This document shows positions 47,801 to 60,648 of a stretch of 64,000 nt of DNA, in pieces (within the stretch, counting starts at the first letter, position 1; each line of letters opens with the position of its first letter). The notes below the pieces were generated by a model. The model did no database searches and was not told the DNA's origin. It was given only the letters and a program-made list of their open reading frames with translations. The stretch covers positions 24,986,001 through 25,050,000 of the forward strand of contig NC_086383.1 of NCBI RefSeq assembly GCF_036588685.1, given 5' to 3'. The translations under genes were made by a program, and so were the position numbers. The stretch is from Mytilus trossulus. Its lineage: Eukaryota.

Positions 47801-50800
47801 CTTGTTATGTTTTATTTATTTATTTTAGTTTTAATTATTTGAAAATCGACGAAGATCATAATGCATAAACAACTTAAACAAAACATAACCTAAACTTTGA
47901 AAATATGGTGTACAGTCATAGGACAAAAGTGAGTTCCCATTCAAAAATAATTTTATCATTTCAACTAAAATCGATTTCCAAAAAATTGTTCAAAGTGACT
48001 TTTTGGATGACTTTCATATAATAGATACCCTAAGATGTAGAAGTTTAATTGTTTAATGTGTCATAACTTTTGTGATGGATGTTATCATTATCTAATGGGT
48101 AAAACACAAATGCAAATTTTATGATTTTATTTTGGTTAGAATACATGGCAAACTTTTCCAGAATTTTTTTTCTCTGAGTTCACCTAGTCAGAAAATAAAT
48201 ATGAGCCTGATTAATATCAGGGCCAAATTAACAATAAAACTTCAAACAATTCTACATATTTTTTTGTTTATTTCATATAAATCAGTGGTGTAGTTATTAT
48301 GAAATATGTTTTTGAAAAATATTGATTTTAGTTGAAATGATAAGACATTTATTGAGTGATAACTCACTTTTGTCCACTGACTGCACTCTTTTAGGGAAAA
48401 AAGAACTACATATAATTCTAATATATCAAATTTTAAAAAGAAAAAAATACCTATGGGATAATCCAAATTTATAAACCGACAAACGATTTTAAAAAGCACG
48501 AAGCAATGAACAATATTCAAAATACTACATAGAAAACTAAAAATAAAAATTGATCAACAAGAACTTTACCGAAAATCAGAGTTGAACAGAAAAATTTGTT
48601 TTGATATATGATTGAAAGATTAGGATGACAAAAACTATTCGTGTACTTTTTTAAAATATATATTTGATGCATCAACTCAAAATGTAATATTTAGTGAATC
48701 CTTTCATGTACAAATTTAAGTACTGTAATTACATTAAACTTAAACAAAAAATAAAATTTTCCATATTTTCATCATTTTATTTGCAAAAAAGGAAAAGAAA
48801 ATACTTTGGTTTACATGTACTATTATTGGTAGTTGCAATTTATTCTGCATATTAACAGCAGTAAACTTTAATTCTTTTTAAAGGAAGCAACTTACAAAAG
48901 AAAACATTAGATATTTTTTATTAGCATTTTAATATTTTGTTTGATGAAGCCGGTAATTAAAATGAAAGTTGTTGACTAAGTTCGTGTTGCTTATTCTTTA
49001 GTTTGATATGTTGTCTCATGTGTACTATCGTTTGTCTGTTTGTCTTTTTCATTTTTTGCCATGGTGTTGTCAGTATATTTTCGATTTATGAGTTTGACTG
49101 TCCATCTGGTGTCATTTCTCCCTCTTTTAAAAAAGGTTTGATCGCTTGATAATGAAATTCTTTTTAAAATAGCATTGAAATTCATGTTATGTAAACTTTA
49201 AACCTAAAACAATTAATAAACATACAACTATAATTACAACATAGATGAACATAACAGCAAAACATCTTTTGCTTCACATGACCATTGATATTTGCATACT
49301 TTAACTCTCTAAGATTTCCATAACCAATAGTCCATTTTCAAATTACCGATTTGAATATGTTATTACACATTTTAAAAATAAATGACTTCCCTTTGTCAAT
49401 TGTAGGCTGGTTTTATACCGGACAAAATTGTTTTGTTTTGCCCATACAAAGCATAAGTTAAACATCGGCGTTTCAACATTTGTATTATAACTGGTGTCGA
49501 AGTGTAGAGTTTAACAACAAATTAAATGGATCAAAAAATTTGAAAAACTTACAGGTTACACACAAACCGCACAGATAAATTTACTCCTGTCGATCCTCTT
49601 TTTACTCCCTAAATTTGATGCTAAAATGGACAACTGAGTTTACCATACATGATAACAAATTGATTTTTTTCATCTCACTCTTGTTGCATACTTATATGTT
49701 ATCTGACATGCCATACGATCTAACGTATATCAATGATAAGATATGCCAGGAGTTATGTTCATTTTTGTAGACTGCACAGAAATATGCTACTATTTACTCA
49801 TAACGCTTACGACATTTTTCTAAATAAAAAATAAAGCTTGCTCGGTTCTATAACTCAGGAAGGGTATACTGTAGACAAATCGCGCTATTTCACTTTAAAA
49901 CTAATTTTTTGTGACTCTTTAAGTAATTGAATCACACAAGTCACAGGTTCAAGATCTCTAAGGTCTTCGTCACGAGTAGGAAAATTAATTGTTGCAGCTT
50001 TTCACTTTCTCATTACTTAGAACCATCATATCCTTCAAATTCATCTGCCATGGTCAACCATGTAAATAAACAACGACCTTTGAAATTTATCAGTTCCCTT
50101 TTTCCCTATTCTGTTTTCATTAAAAGAAGAACGAAAGATACCAGAGGGACAGTCAAACTCATAAATCGAAAATAAACTGACAACGCCATGGCTAAAAATG
50201 AAAAAGACAAACAGACAAACAATAGTACACATGACACAACATTGAAAACTAAAGAATAAACAACACGAACCCCAATATGACAATTGTATTACTTTGAATA
50301 TATTTTGAAAAAACAGTCGGAAGATATCAAAAGGACAATAAAAATTCAATAGACCGATAAAACCATGACAAAACAAGGAGAAACAACGAAAAGACAGTAT
50401 ATAAAACACTAAAGAGAAAACTAAAGATCAGGCACCATGAACTTGAAGATAATGTTATCTAGACTTTTGTTTCATACATAACTAACATTGTTGTTTTCAT
50501 AAATGATGAAAATGATGCAATTATAAACAATTCCAATATCCAAGAGTTTTTATATCTTTATAACGAAATTTGTTTTGCATTAGACAAAATATTATACTCT
50601 TTTTTCAGGTACAAATTTTAGTATTTACTTTAAACTTTAATAAAAACTAAGTGTTTCCTTATTTTTATTATTTTCTTAAAAAGAAAAAGATAAAGTTTGA
50701 TAAAAATGCACTAAATTATTATTTAAAGGAAACAACTTTTAACAAATATTTTTTTGTTTGCCGAAAACAGTTTACTTCGCAACTCGTTTGAATACTTTTT

Positions 50801-51109
50801 TTAGTAATGAAATAAATTTGTTGACAATATTTACCAATGATCGCCTGATAATAAAATTTAAAAATAGCACTAAAATACACACAAAAGACATTTAATATAA
50901 ACCTAGCCCTTCTGACATGAATTAACATAACATCAGTTAAAATCTTATCAACATTTTGCTTCAGTGGACAATTGAAATCCGCAAACGCTCACTCTTATTT
51001 TGATTGGATATAATATCCACCAATCACAATTCTCCATCCAGTATAAATACAACGAACGGCGCTTAATTCAAATTATCAACATATTCAGCAGCAACGATAT
51101 TGATCCAAG

Positions 51110-54100
51110 ATGAAAATATTAAGAACATTGGTACGTATCTATTTCTATTTTAATTCATATATTATTCTATAGAAATTATTTTATAGTTATAACTGATTTT
51201 TGAATATGATATTTGAACATAATATGTTAACTTTACATACTAGTGCCTCTAATTCTCATGTTCAAAATGGTTCTCCATAAGTATTTCATTTATTCATTTT
51301 TATTTTTATTTTTTAGTATTTATTGACCTCTCGTTTACTTGATAATGCAATTATTTTCTTGTACTATTTATTTATATCTTTATTTTTGTATTTTTCAACT
51401 ATTTTTTTTTACCATTTATATATTTTGATTATTTATCTATGTATCTATGCCATTATCTTTAAATGGTAAGCAATCAAGCAAAGGACATTTAAAAACTGCT
51501 GATTATTGTCAAGTTCCATTTGCAATGTTTGATCTAATTCAGATATGGTACCTTAGTCATATTCATTGTTTGTGGAGAAAAAAACGCAGGTTTTTGGCAT
51601 TAAAAACACCCTCTGTGCAAAAAGCAGTACGACACTTAGATTCATAAGACGTTTAAAAAACTAAAAATCGTCCGTCAACATCCATTGGAACATTGAATTG
51701 TCATTTCATAAAACTAAAGTTAAGTTTGTATACATGTTTTTTGGTTGTTTTTTTTTTATCTTTGATGATTTCACATTTGTGCTCTGAAAAAAAGTGCAAA
51801 CTAAGTAAACTGTATTTGATAAATGCATATTAAAATGCAGGTGCTTGTTGACATAATTGATTTGTATTATCAATACCTTCGTTTTTTAGGTATTCTTCTG
51901 TGTCTTGGCATATGGTTTCTGCCAAGAAGAAGACCAATGTGATTCTCAGTATAATGATGATATTCTAGCAGGATTTGATTTCGATGATGCCGATAAATAC
52001 CCTGAGTGAGTTAGCTTCACCTATGATGTTTTGTCTTATCATATGGCGTTTATATATTAATTAATCTTTAATTTAATTTGTTTCTTTAAAATGTTCTTAG
52101 TCTTATCAATTTTATTTCAAGAAACTAATTCATAAATGATTTGGTATATATATATTATTTTATAAAATAAAGTAATTCCGAGAATCCCGTATCACGATGA
52201 TTTTTTTTTTATCTCTTTTATATACCATTTTCTACATACGAATGCAAATGAATTTCAAACAATTTACGATTCTTCACTTTTAAAAGCATTTTGAATGCAT
52301 GGTCTTCCATTTTCTACATAAGAAAATGGGGAGAGATCCGTTTGCGCCAAAAATGCGTCCTTTTGTGCCACAACTTTTTTCTCCAATTCTCTAATGCTAC
52401 GTTTGCGCCCCCTGTTTTAAAATTACATGGTATCATTTGCGCCAAAGATAAAACATACGATTGCGCCAATTTGAAGAAAAATGACTCCCCTCCTCTTTTA
52501 TCGGACTTGAAACCGACAGTTTACACGGCAAATGTGTCCTTTTCTGAAACATACTTTCTTCTTACTGCTAATGAATGGGTATTCCTTATATAATGTATGT
52601 AGTAGCTTGTAACTTCACTTTATTGTCCAGAAAAATAAAAAATGAAGGATACAATGCATACGACAGTTCATAATAATTATCCGTGGAATGCTTTTGCTTC
52701 ATTACTTGTACGTCTTGCGGTAGATAGAGTTTCAGGCCGGATGGTGGAACAAAGCACGGTGTCATCAACATATTTGGATAAAACATGATCAGCAAAAGCT
52801 TCTGTTTTCTTCTCTTTTGGCATATCGTGTATTTAATATTCAGCAAAGCAATAAGTTTTATTCTCTCTCTGTACATAGACTGTCTATTGCATTTTAAGTC
52901 ATTTCTCCCTAGATGCTCATCTTCATTGTGAAATATCTCCGACCATCTGATACTATTTAAGCCAAAAATAAATTTACATATTAATCATTTAAATTTATAA
53001 TTATAGATATTTGTACAGGTAAATTGGCGCAAATGAGTTCCGATTATTGGCGCAAATGATACATTTGGAAAACAAAATTTGGCGCAAATGATACCCCTGA
53101 AAAACAGTAATTGGCGCAAAAAGACTGCTGCCAGAAAATGCATGTACCAAGTCAGGAATATGACAGCTGTTATCCATTCGTTTTATGTTTTTGAACTTTG
53201 ATTTGCCATTTCCGTTTTGAATTTTCCTCGGAGTTCGGTATTTATGTTATTGTAAAGCTAGCATGAAATATTTCCATGCTGATATATTTGTGATGTTGAT
53301 TAAGCTTAATTACTCTAAAACTTATTCTATTGTAGAGGTGAAATAGCTGGGGCGGAAAAAGAACTCTCTAAACAGAATGCAAGAGATTATGAGCAGTTAA
53401 AGAGTGACAAAGATGCTGCACAAAGCCTCATTTCTTTAAATATCAAAGAGCAGTGGATCGCACCACCGTAAGATAAATACATTACCATATGCATCATTTT
53501 AATTGATTTTCACATTCATGCTTAACTCTGGACCACATTTTTATGCCCCTGCTACGATAGTAGAGGATGTTGTGTTTTCTGGTCGTTCGATTGTCCGTCT
53601 GTCCGCTTCATGTTCACGTGTTTTAGCTAGGTAGTTTTTGAGGTAGTTGACGTCCGAACAGCTTGAAACTTAGTACACATCACATGCTCCCTATGATATG
53701 ATTTTTCTTATTTTATTGACAAATAAGAGTTTTTATCCCAATTTCAAGGTCCATTGAACATAGAAAATGATAGTGCGAGTGGGCATCTGTGTACTCTGCA
53801 CACATTTTTGTTTTGAATTTTTACTTGGAAGTGTTTTCGTTCTTGTATTTTTTCATTAATGACATAAATTGCTGACAGAACACAAAAAAGTTCTGCTATT
53901 TAAAGCTCAAAATTATTGCTTTCAATGGTAGGTACACGCTGTATTTGGCAAAACTTTTAGGAAATTTTGGTCCTCTTTGCTCTTCAACTTCGTACTTTAT
54001 TTGGCCTTGATTCGAGGGTCACTGGTAAGTCTTTTGAATACAAACCGTGCGTCTGGTGTAAATATTAAATTTCAATCCTGGTATAAGAATAAGAATAAGA

Positions 54101-56217
54101 ATAAGAATACTTTATTAATCCAATTATGGACCCTTGCGGGTTTTAAATTTCATACAATGATTACAATGATTTGTCATAACAATGAAATAATAAAATGAAA
54201 TACATGACAATAGAACACTGAACAGTTATTGCATGCACATGGAATAGAAAGTAATATGGGAGACAATCAATTTCTGTAAGGATTATTCCCCTTTAAACAG
54301 ATGTGGTGTTTTGAGTTGCATAAAAATGATATGCAGCCCCAACTGATAAGATATAAAGGTATTGTTCTCCCATGTACACACAGCAACCAATTACTAGATA
54401 TTTATGTATATAATTATATTTTTTGACAATTGCAAGAATATGATTAGCACCTTAGAGTTTTACTGCAGTTTGTTAATGCATATATAAGTATTTACATATT
54501 TATGACGAGTTTCTTTACATCATATAAGTATATGTATATATTTGATTGTAAATATGAATTATAGACATAAAAACTCCATAAAAGAGAGGCAAAATGTACC
54601 AGAATTAAATTCAAACTCATAAGTCGAAACGAAACCGACATAACTATGGAAAAGAAAAAAACACCCCAAAAAACGACTAACAAACACAGGAACACAAAAA
54701 AATAAAGAAAACTAAAGACTGAGCAACAGAAACTCTACCAATGTATGTGTGCTGCTTCGTTGTCTCTTCAAGACTTTCAAAATTGGTCAAATAGCTTCTA
54801 ATTATTAACAAAAACAACTTAGACTGTGATATCATTATGTTCCTTTTTCGGTGATGTATATTTCACAATTCCTAGGCCTCTATATTTATAAATATATTTG
54901 ATATCTATCGGAAAGTTGTCTCATTGGCGTTTATACCAACTCTTCTTATTTTCAAATTTGATTTTTTTAGACAACCTGCTAATGCATCGATGTGTGAGTC
55001 TAAGTTCAGATCATTGAATATTGGTAAAACATTTTGGTATTATGGTAAAAAGTGTTACGTGCTGAAACCCTGGTGGAATACTGTTTTTACAGCTATAACG
55101 TATGCTGACTGCAAGTAAGTTATCAATTATTATCTTATCTCCTATACATTTCTAGGAATATGATTGGTTAACAGCGTCCTCGTGGAAACCGTGTATATTT
55201 AATATCAGGTTATTTGGGAGGCGGGGCATATTTCATACACGGTTAGTCAATTAGTATTAACCTTCAAATTATGTAAATATACTTATGTTTTTTCTTGTTT
55301 GAGTGGTTAAAACTATAGTCATTTGTTGTGCCCTTTATATCTTGTTGTTCGGTGTGAGCCTATGCTCCGTGTTGAAGACCGTATTTTGACCTATAATGGT
55401 TTACCTTTAAAAACTGCGACTTAGACGGAGATTTGTCTCATTGGCACTTGTACCAGATCTTTTATATCTTTTTATGACAAGGTACCTTACTCTTAGACAT
55501 CACTGGTTCATATTTGATCCAATACCTTTTCCAGAATGACGAGTTGTCTTTGTCAACACTGTTGTAATCCTTGAAAGATAAACACATCGTATATTGGTTT
55601 CAAGAATTTTCATTCTTGTAATATACCAATTTTCGTGGTTTTCGTGGGTACAGGTGAACCACGAATTCAAACGTTCAACGAATTACACATTTTCTATAGG
55701 CTTTGTTCTAGTATGCAGATATTGGCAAAACCACGAATTAAATCAAATATCCACGAAAATGCTGGTTTTTGTCAATCCACGAAAATTGATACCCACGAAA
55801 ATAAATGAGTCCACAGTAGGACATCCTGAATCAATGACCACAATGTTTTGGTGTATATATAACAAATCTACACAGAATGCTTTCATAAATACAAACTACT
55901 TGACCCATAATTGTTAACACACATTGTGACTTGAAAGGAGAGTTGTCTCATTTCTCATTGGCATTCATATCACATTTTCTTATTCATACTTTACTCATTT
56001 CAGACCACAATATTGTAAGAATGTTCCTTGCATGTCCTGGATGTTCCCATACAGATATAGGTGTGTACAAAGCAACTATAAAATCTTCAACATTTGGCTT
56101 TACTGTCCACAACCATTCCCACGTATACACAGACTACAACTGAAAGCTCCACAATGTTGTGAATGCAGGAAATTCAAAGCACCTTGGATTGCATTGGAGG
56201 ATTTAACCAAAGGATAG
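51110..56217 (+). CDS. Spaetzle-like cystine-knot protein, type A, copy 3 (208 aa)
   Basis: Exons 51110-51130, 51890-52005, 53336-53467, 54971-55114, 56004-56217; intact. The protein matches A2 except K157R. Confidence 0.9.
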
Positions 56218-58833
56218 AGAGATGAGCATGTACTTACAGTTTGAATCACACACTTAGAGCTACAAGAAATTCAACTGCATATTGCGACGAAGACATTATT
56301 TCGGATTCTGTTTTTTAGAAATGACATGTTTTGAAGAAGAAAAAAACATGTAATTTTCTTTCACTTATTATATAATCAGTATTTTATAAATAAAAATATT
56401 TTTGTTCAATTACTTGAAACTGTTATCATTGGAATTGCCTCTAAACACTCCCCTAGTATATCTTGCCCGATTATACAACCTTTGCACTTCAAAGCAAAAT
56501 TCCTTGGGACCAACCTTATTGCATTTCATGAACTAATATAGAAAAACATTTCACTATTTCTTCAAGTATTACAATTAGAATTCATTATTGTTTTATATAA
56601 TTTCATGTATGTTTGTAAGTAATTATCATTGTTTTTAAAATACGAATAAAGTTCTTTAAATCTGGTTTATGCTGACATGTTTAATTTGTCTCTAAAAAGC
56701 ATCTTATTACCTTAAACTTGCCATCACCAAGACGGTTCCTGGATTTATAAACTGTTTATAAAACGAAAGAGAAGATCACGGTACTAAGAACCAAAACTCA
56801 AATAAATCGTAATACACTATGACCAAAATGTAGAACGTCGGGTTTTCTATGAATACTGCAACTAAATATTGAGAGAAAGACACGAAACCAACCAAAAAAA
56901 ATGACTTCCTTTCAACACTATACAAATGAAACTACAATTGAGAAACCCAGGGAGGAATTCATGTTCTTCTGCAGGAAGTTGCAGTTCTTGTTCCACCATT
57001 GTGATGTTTAGTAAAATAGAGGCGAAAGATGCAAGAGGGACATTCAAACTTATAAGTCGAATATAAACTGACAACGCCATTGCTAAAACAAACACCAACA
57101 TACAATTAATAGTACACAAAACATAGAATAGAAACTAAAGATTTCGCAGCACGAACATTATCAAAACTTAGGGTGGAACTTGTGTGCTCCGAAAGGGAAA
57201 GCAGATCATGTTCCATGTGGCACCCGTCGTGTGGCTCATGTTTGTACAAACACGGTACTAGGTATAATTTGGGAGGTCAGACGTGTGAAAAGGAAACCTG
57301 CATATGACGCTCATAGGTAACTGAACAAATACATTGTCCTCTCGAAGTACTGCTGTAAAGTTGCTTTTTATATTATTTGCACTTTTTTTTTTTATCAAAA
57401 AAAGCAGTTTCTTGCACAAATGATAACGTATCTTACATATTTATTTCAATCTTGGAAATAAATCTGTTTGTCAAAATTTAACACCATATTCATGTGAAAA
57501 AGGAGGTCTCATTCGTATATATTTTTTTAACAGAATGCTAAAAAAAAATATCAGGAAATGAAAATGTAATTAACTCCGTCTCATTAATTCTAGTTGTGTC
57601 GGTCTAAAGGTACCAGCATTGTGTTACATTTCCAGTTTCCGGATCATCAAATCATGGAGTGAAATAAAATAATTAATTTTTTTCTTATCCTTTTTCTTGA
57701 CTATTTTTTTCTGTTTTATTAAATCTAAAGCAAGGAACACAAAGTCCAGTATAGTTGTCGTTAGTTGCTATATAAATAAAAAAGAAGATGTGGTATGATC
57801 GCAAATGAGACAGCCCTCCACAAGAGAACAAATGACACATAAATTAACAACTATAGGTCAGTATACGACTTTCAACAATGAGCACATCCCATTCCGCAGT
57901 CAGATATAAAAGGCCCCGAAATCAAAAATGTTAAACAATTCAAATAAGTTAACTAACGGCATAATTTATGTAAAAAAAAAATGAAAAAAAATAAATATGT
58001 AGCACGATCAAAAAACAACAACCACTTAATTACATGCTTCTCACTTTGGACAGGCACGTACATACAGAATGTGGCGGTGTTACACATGTTAAAGAGATCT
58101 CAACCCTCCATTTACATGGAACAGTGGTGTAACAGTACAACATAAGAACAAACTAGAAAAATCAGTCGAAAAAGGCTCATCAGATGGATACAAATAGAAA
58201 TACATCTACGAAAAGCGTGGACGTAGCCGGGTATTTGTATATCCCAACATTTACAGCGAGTTCCGAACCACTAACAACTAATAAAAAAAAATATTCATCT
58301 AAGACTAAATTATTAATCGGTACACATCCAATGATCCTATAGATTTAGCGTACAGACGACATGAACAGTCAGAGAAAAACATGACTTGCGCAATGCCAAG
58401 ATACAAGTGTCGACAGATTGTATATCCATGAAGGTGTATATGTATAAGACAATAATATTTAGTTTGCATTTAATTTTCTGATAAAAAAAATTCAATACTA
58501 ATACCAACAAAAACTGTATTTAATTATATAATTACAGTAATGAATTGATAACCTGGCTGGTATATTTAACTGGTTTTTTTTTTCAAGAAATCGTTTTGAC
58601 TTACGAAGGGTAGCTGATTTAATTTAGTAAATTGTTCCACATTCTGTTACTAAGGGGCCTTTTGTAGCTTATCATACGATAAATGTTTTTACAGTTGTTG
58701 AAAATCGTGTTAAGACAGTTTATAACAGCATTATTTACATTTGATCCTGACTGATTGATAGCTTTTACTTAACGGCCAGTGGCAAATATTTCATGCATGT
58801 TTAGATACATTAATTAACAGCAGTTATATAATT

Positions 58834-60648
58834 ATGACGGCGTGCACAAAGCTCAATCCACAAACGTAACGTCTTCAAATTACTAAAACCATTTACGACG
58901 TCGGCATTTTCCACCAGCTAGAAAACAAGCGCGTAACAAAAACACTGCTGGACACCTAGTTTATCACATTACTTTAAATATTAACGTTCAACATATTTCT
59001 TTTTTCTTTCAAACAAAAATGTGCAGCAAATGCACATTCTGGAAATATAAATAAATATATGCTACGAGCAGTGAAATGGAAATGATTAACGACTATGTCG
59101 TGGACCCTTTTCAGAAAATAGCGTTAAAACGTAATTTCTTTAGATTGTAACATAATAGCTGGACATTAAAAAAAATTCAGGTGTTCGGACTGGACTATCA
59201 AATCATTTATATTTTGCAGATTATTTTAAACCTCTGGTTATGCACATTTGGAATACCAAATTATTTTGAAAATAAAAAGATTGCCATTACATATTTTTTC
59301 TTGCCGATTCTTCCATTTCAATTAATATTCTTTTCTAATAAAATTGAGAAAGGAAATGGTGAATATGTCAAAGCGACAACCACCCGACCATAGAGCAGAT
59401 AACAGCCGAAGGCAACCAATGGGTCTTCAATGTAGCGAGAATTCCCGCACCCGTACGTGTCCTTCAGCTGGCCCCTAAAAATATGCATAATAGTACAGTG
59501 ATAATGGACGTCATACTAAACTCCGAATTATACACAAGAAACTAAAATTTAAAATCATACAAGACTAACAAAGGCCAGAGGCTCCTGACTTGGGACAGGC
59601 GCAAAATTGCGGCGGGGTTAAACATGTTTATGAGATCTCAACCCTCCCCCTATACCTCTAGCCAATGTAGAAAAGTAAAAGAATAACAATACGCACATTA
59701 AAATTCAGTTCAAGAGAAGTCCGAGTCCGATGTCAAAAGATGTAACAAAAGAAAATAAATAAAATGACAATAATACATAAATAACAACAGACTACTAGCA
59801 GTTAACTGACATGCCAGCTCCAGACCTCAATTAAACTGATTGAAAGATTATGTCTTCATCATATGAATATCAGGCACAATCCCTCCCATTAGGGGTTTAG
59901 TATCATACTATCATAAAATATATGAGAAGAACATAACCCGTGTCATGCCAACAACTGTTTTTTTTTAGAAATAAATGTGTTTAGTTCCGATGCAAAGACC
60001 CTATCAGTGAATCAATATTAAAGCCAAAATATGCAATCTTTAATGACCTGACAACAGTATCGTAACTATGTCCCCTTCTAATAAGTCTATTTAAAGGTTT
60101 TGTTAGTTTCTGAGGAGAATACTGACATTTTTGTGCTTTATAAAGAATATTTCCATAAAAAATTGGATGTGAAATACCTGAACGTATAAGATGTCTGCAT
60201 GTTGAGTTATATTTACTAATAACTACTACTACTACTTACACATAACGAAGATCATTCCCAACTTATCTATCATGATCGTTTTTGATTGTTTTTGCGATAA
60301 ATTTCGTGTGATGTCCGAGTCAAAATCCATACAATTTTTCTTTTATGAAAATCCAGGAAAATTTGTTGATTTTGTATAATTTTTAGGTAAAAAAAACTAA
60401 TTTATGCTTATTCAATGTTACAAGTTGCACTGTACTTTTGCCGTTATTCTATATGTCCGTTTCATGCTTTATAGATTAAATTTTAATTTACCTTACTAGC
60501 AATTTGGATTTTAATAGAGTGCATTCATCACTTTATCATAACAAGAATCTTATTTTTATTCTTATTCAAAAATATTTTAAACACGGTTGTATAAAACTAT
60601 TAAAAAAGCGAATTTTACAGTTGCCGTTAACTTTGTGCACGCCGTCAT
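58834..60648. mobile_element. Non-autonomous TIR DNA element (perfect 18-bp TIRs) with a nested repeat
   Basis: ATGACGGCGTGCACAAAG at 58834-58851 and its exact reverse complement at 60631-60648. No transposase ORF and no clear TSD. Confidence 0.75.
59338..60216 (+). mobile_element. Interspersed repeat nested in the TIR element (related inverted copy at ~9597-9778)
   Basis: Begins ataaaattgagaaaggaaatgg...cgaccata; its first part is the reverse complement of ~9640-9778. The 9580-9778 insert is absent from the paralogous site at ~56963. The right boundary is approximate. Confidence 0.55.
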
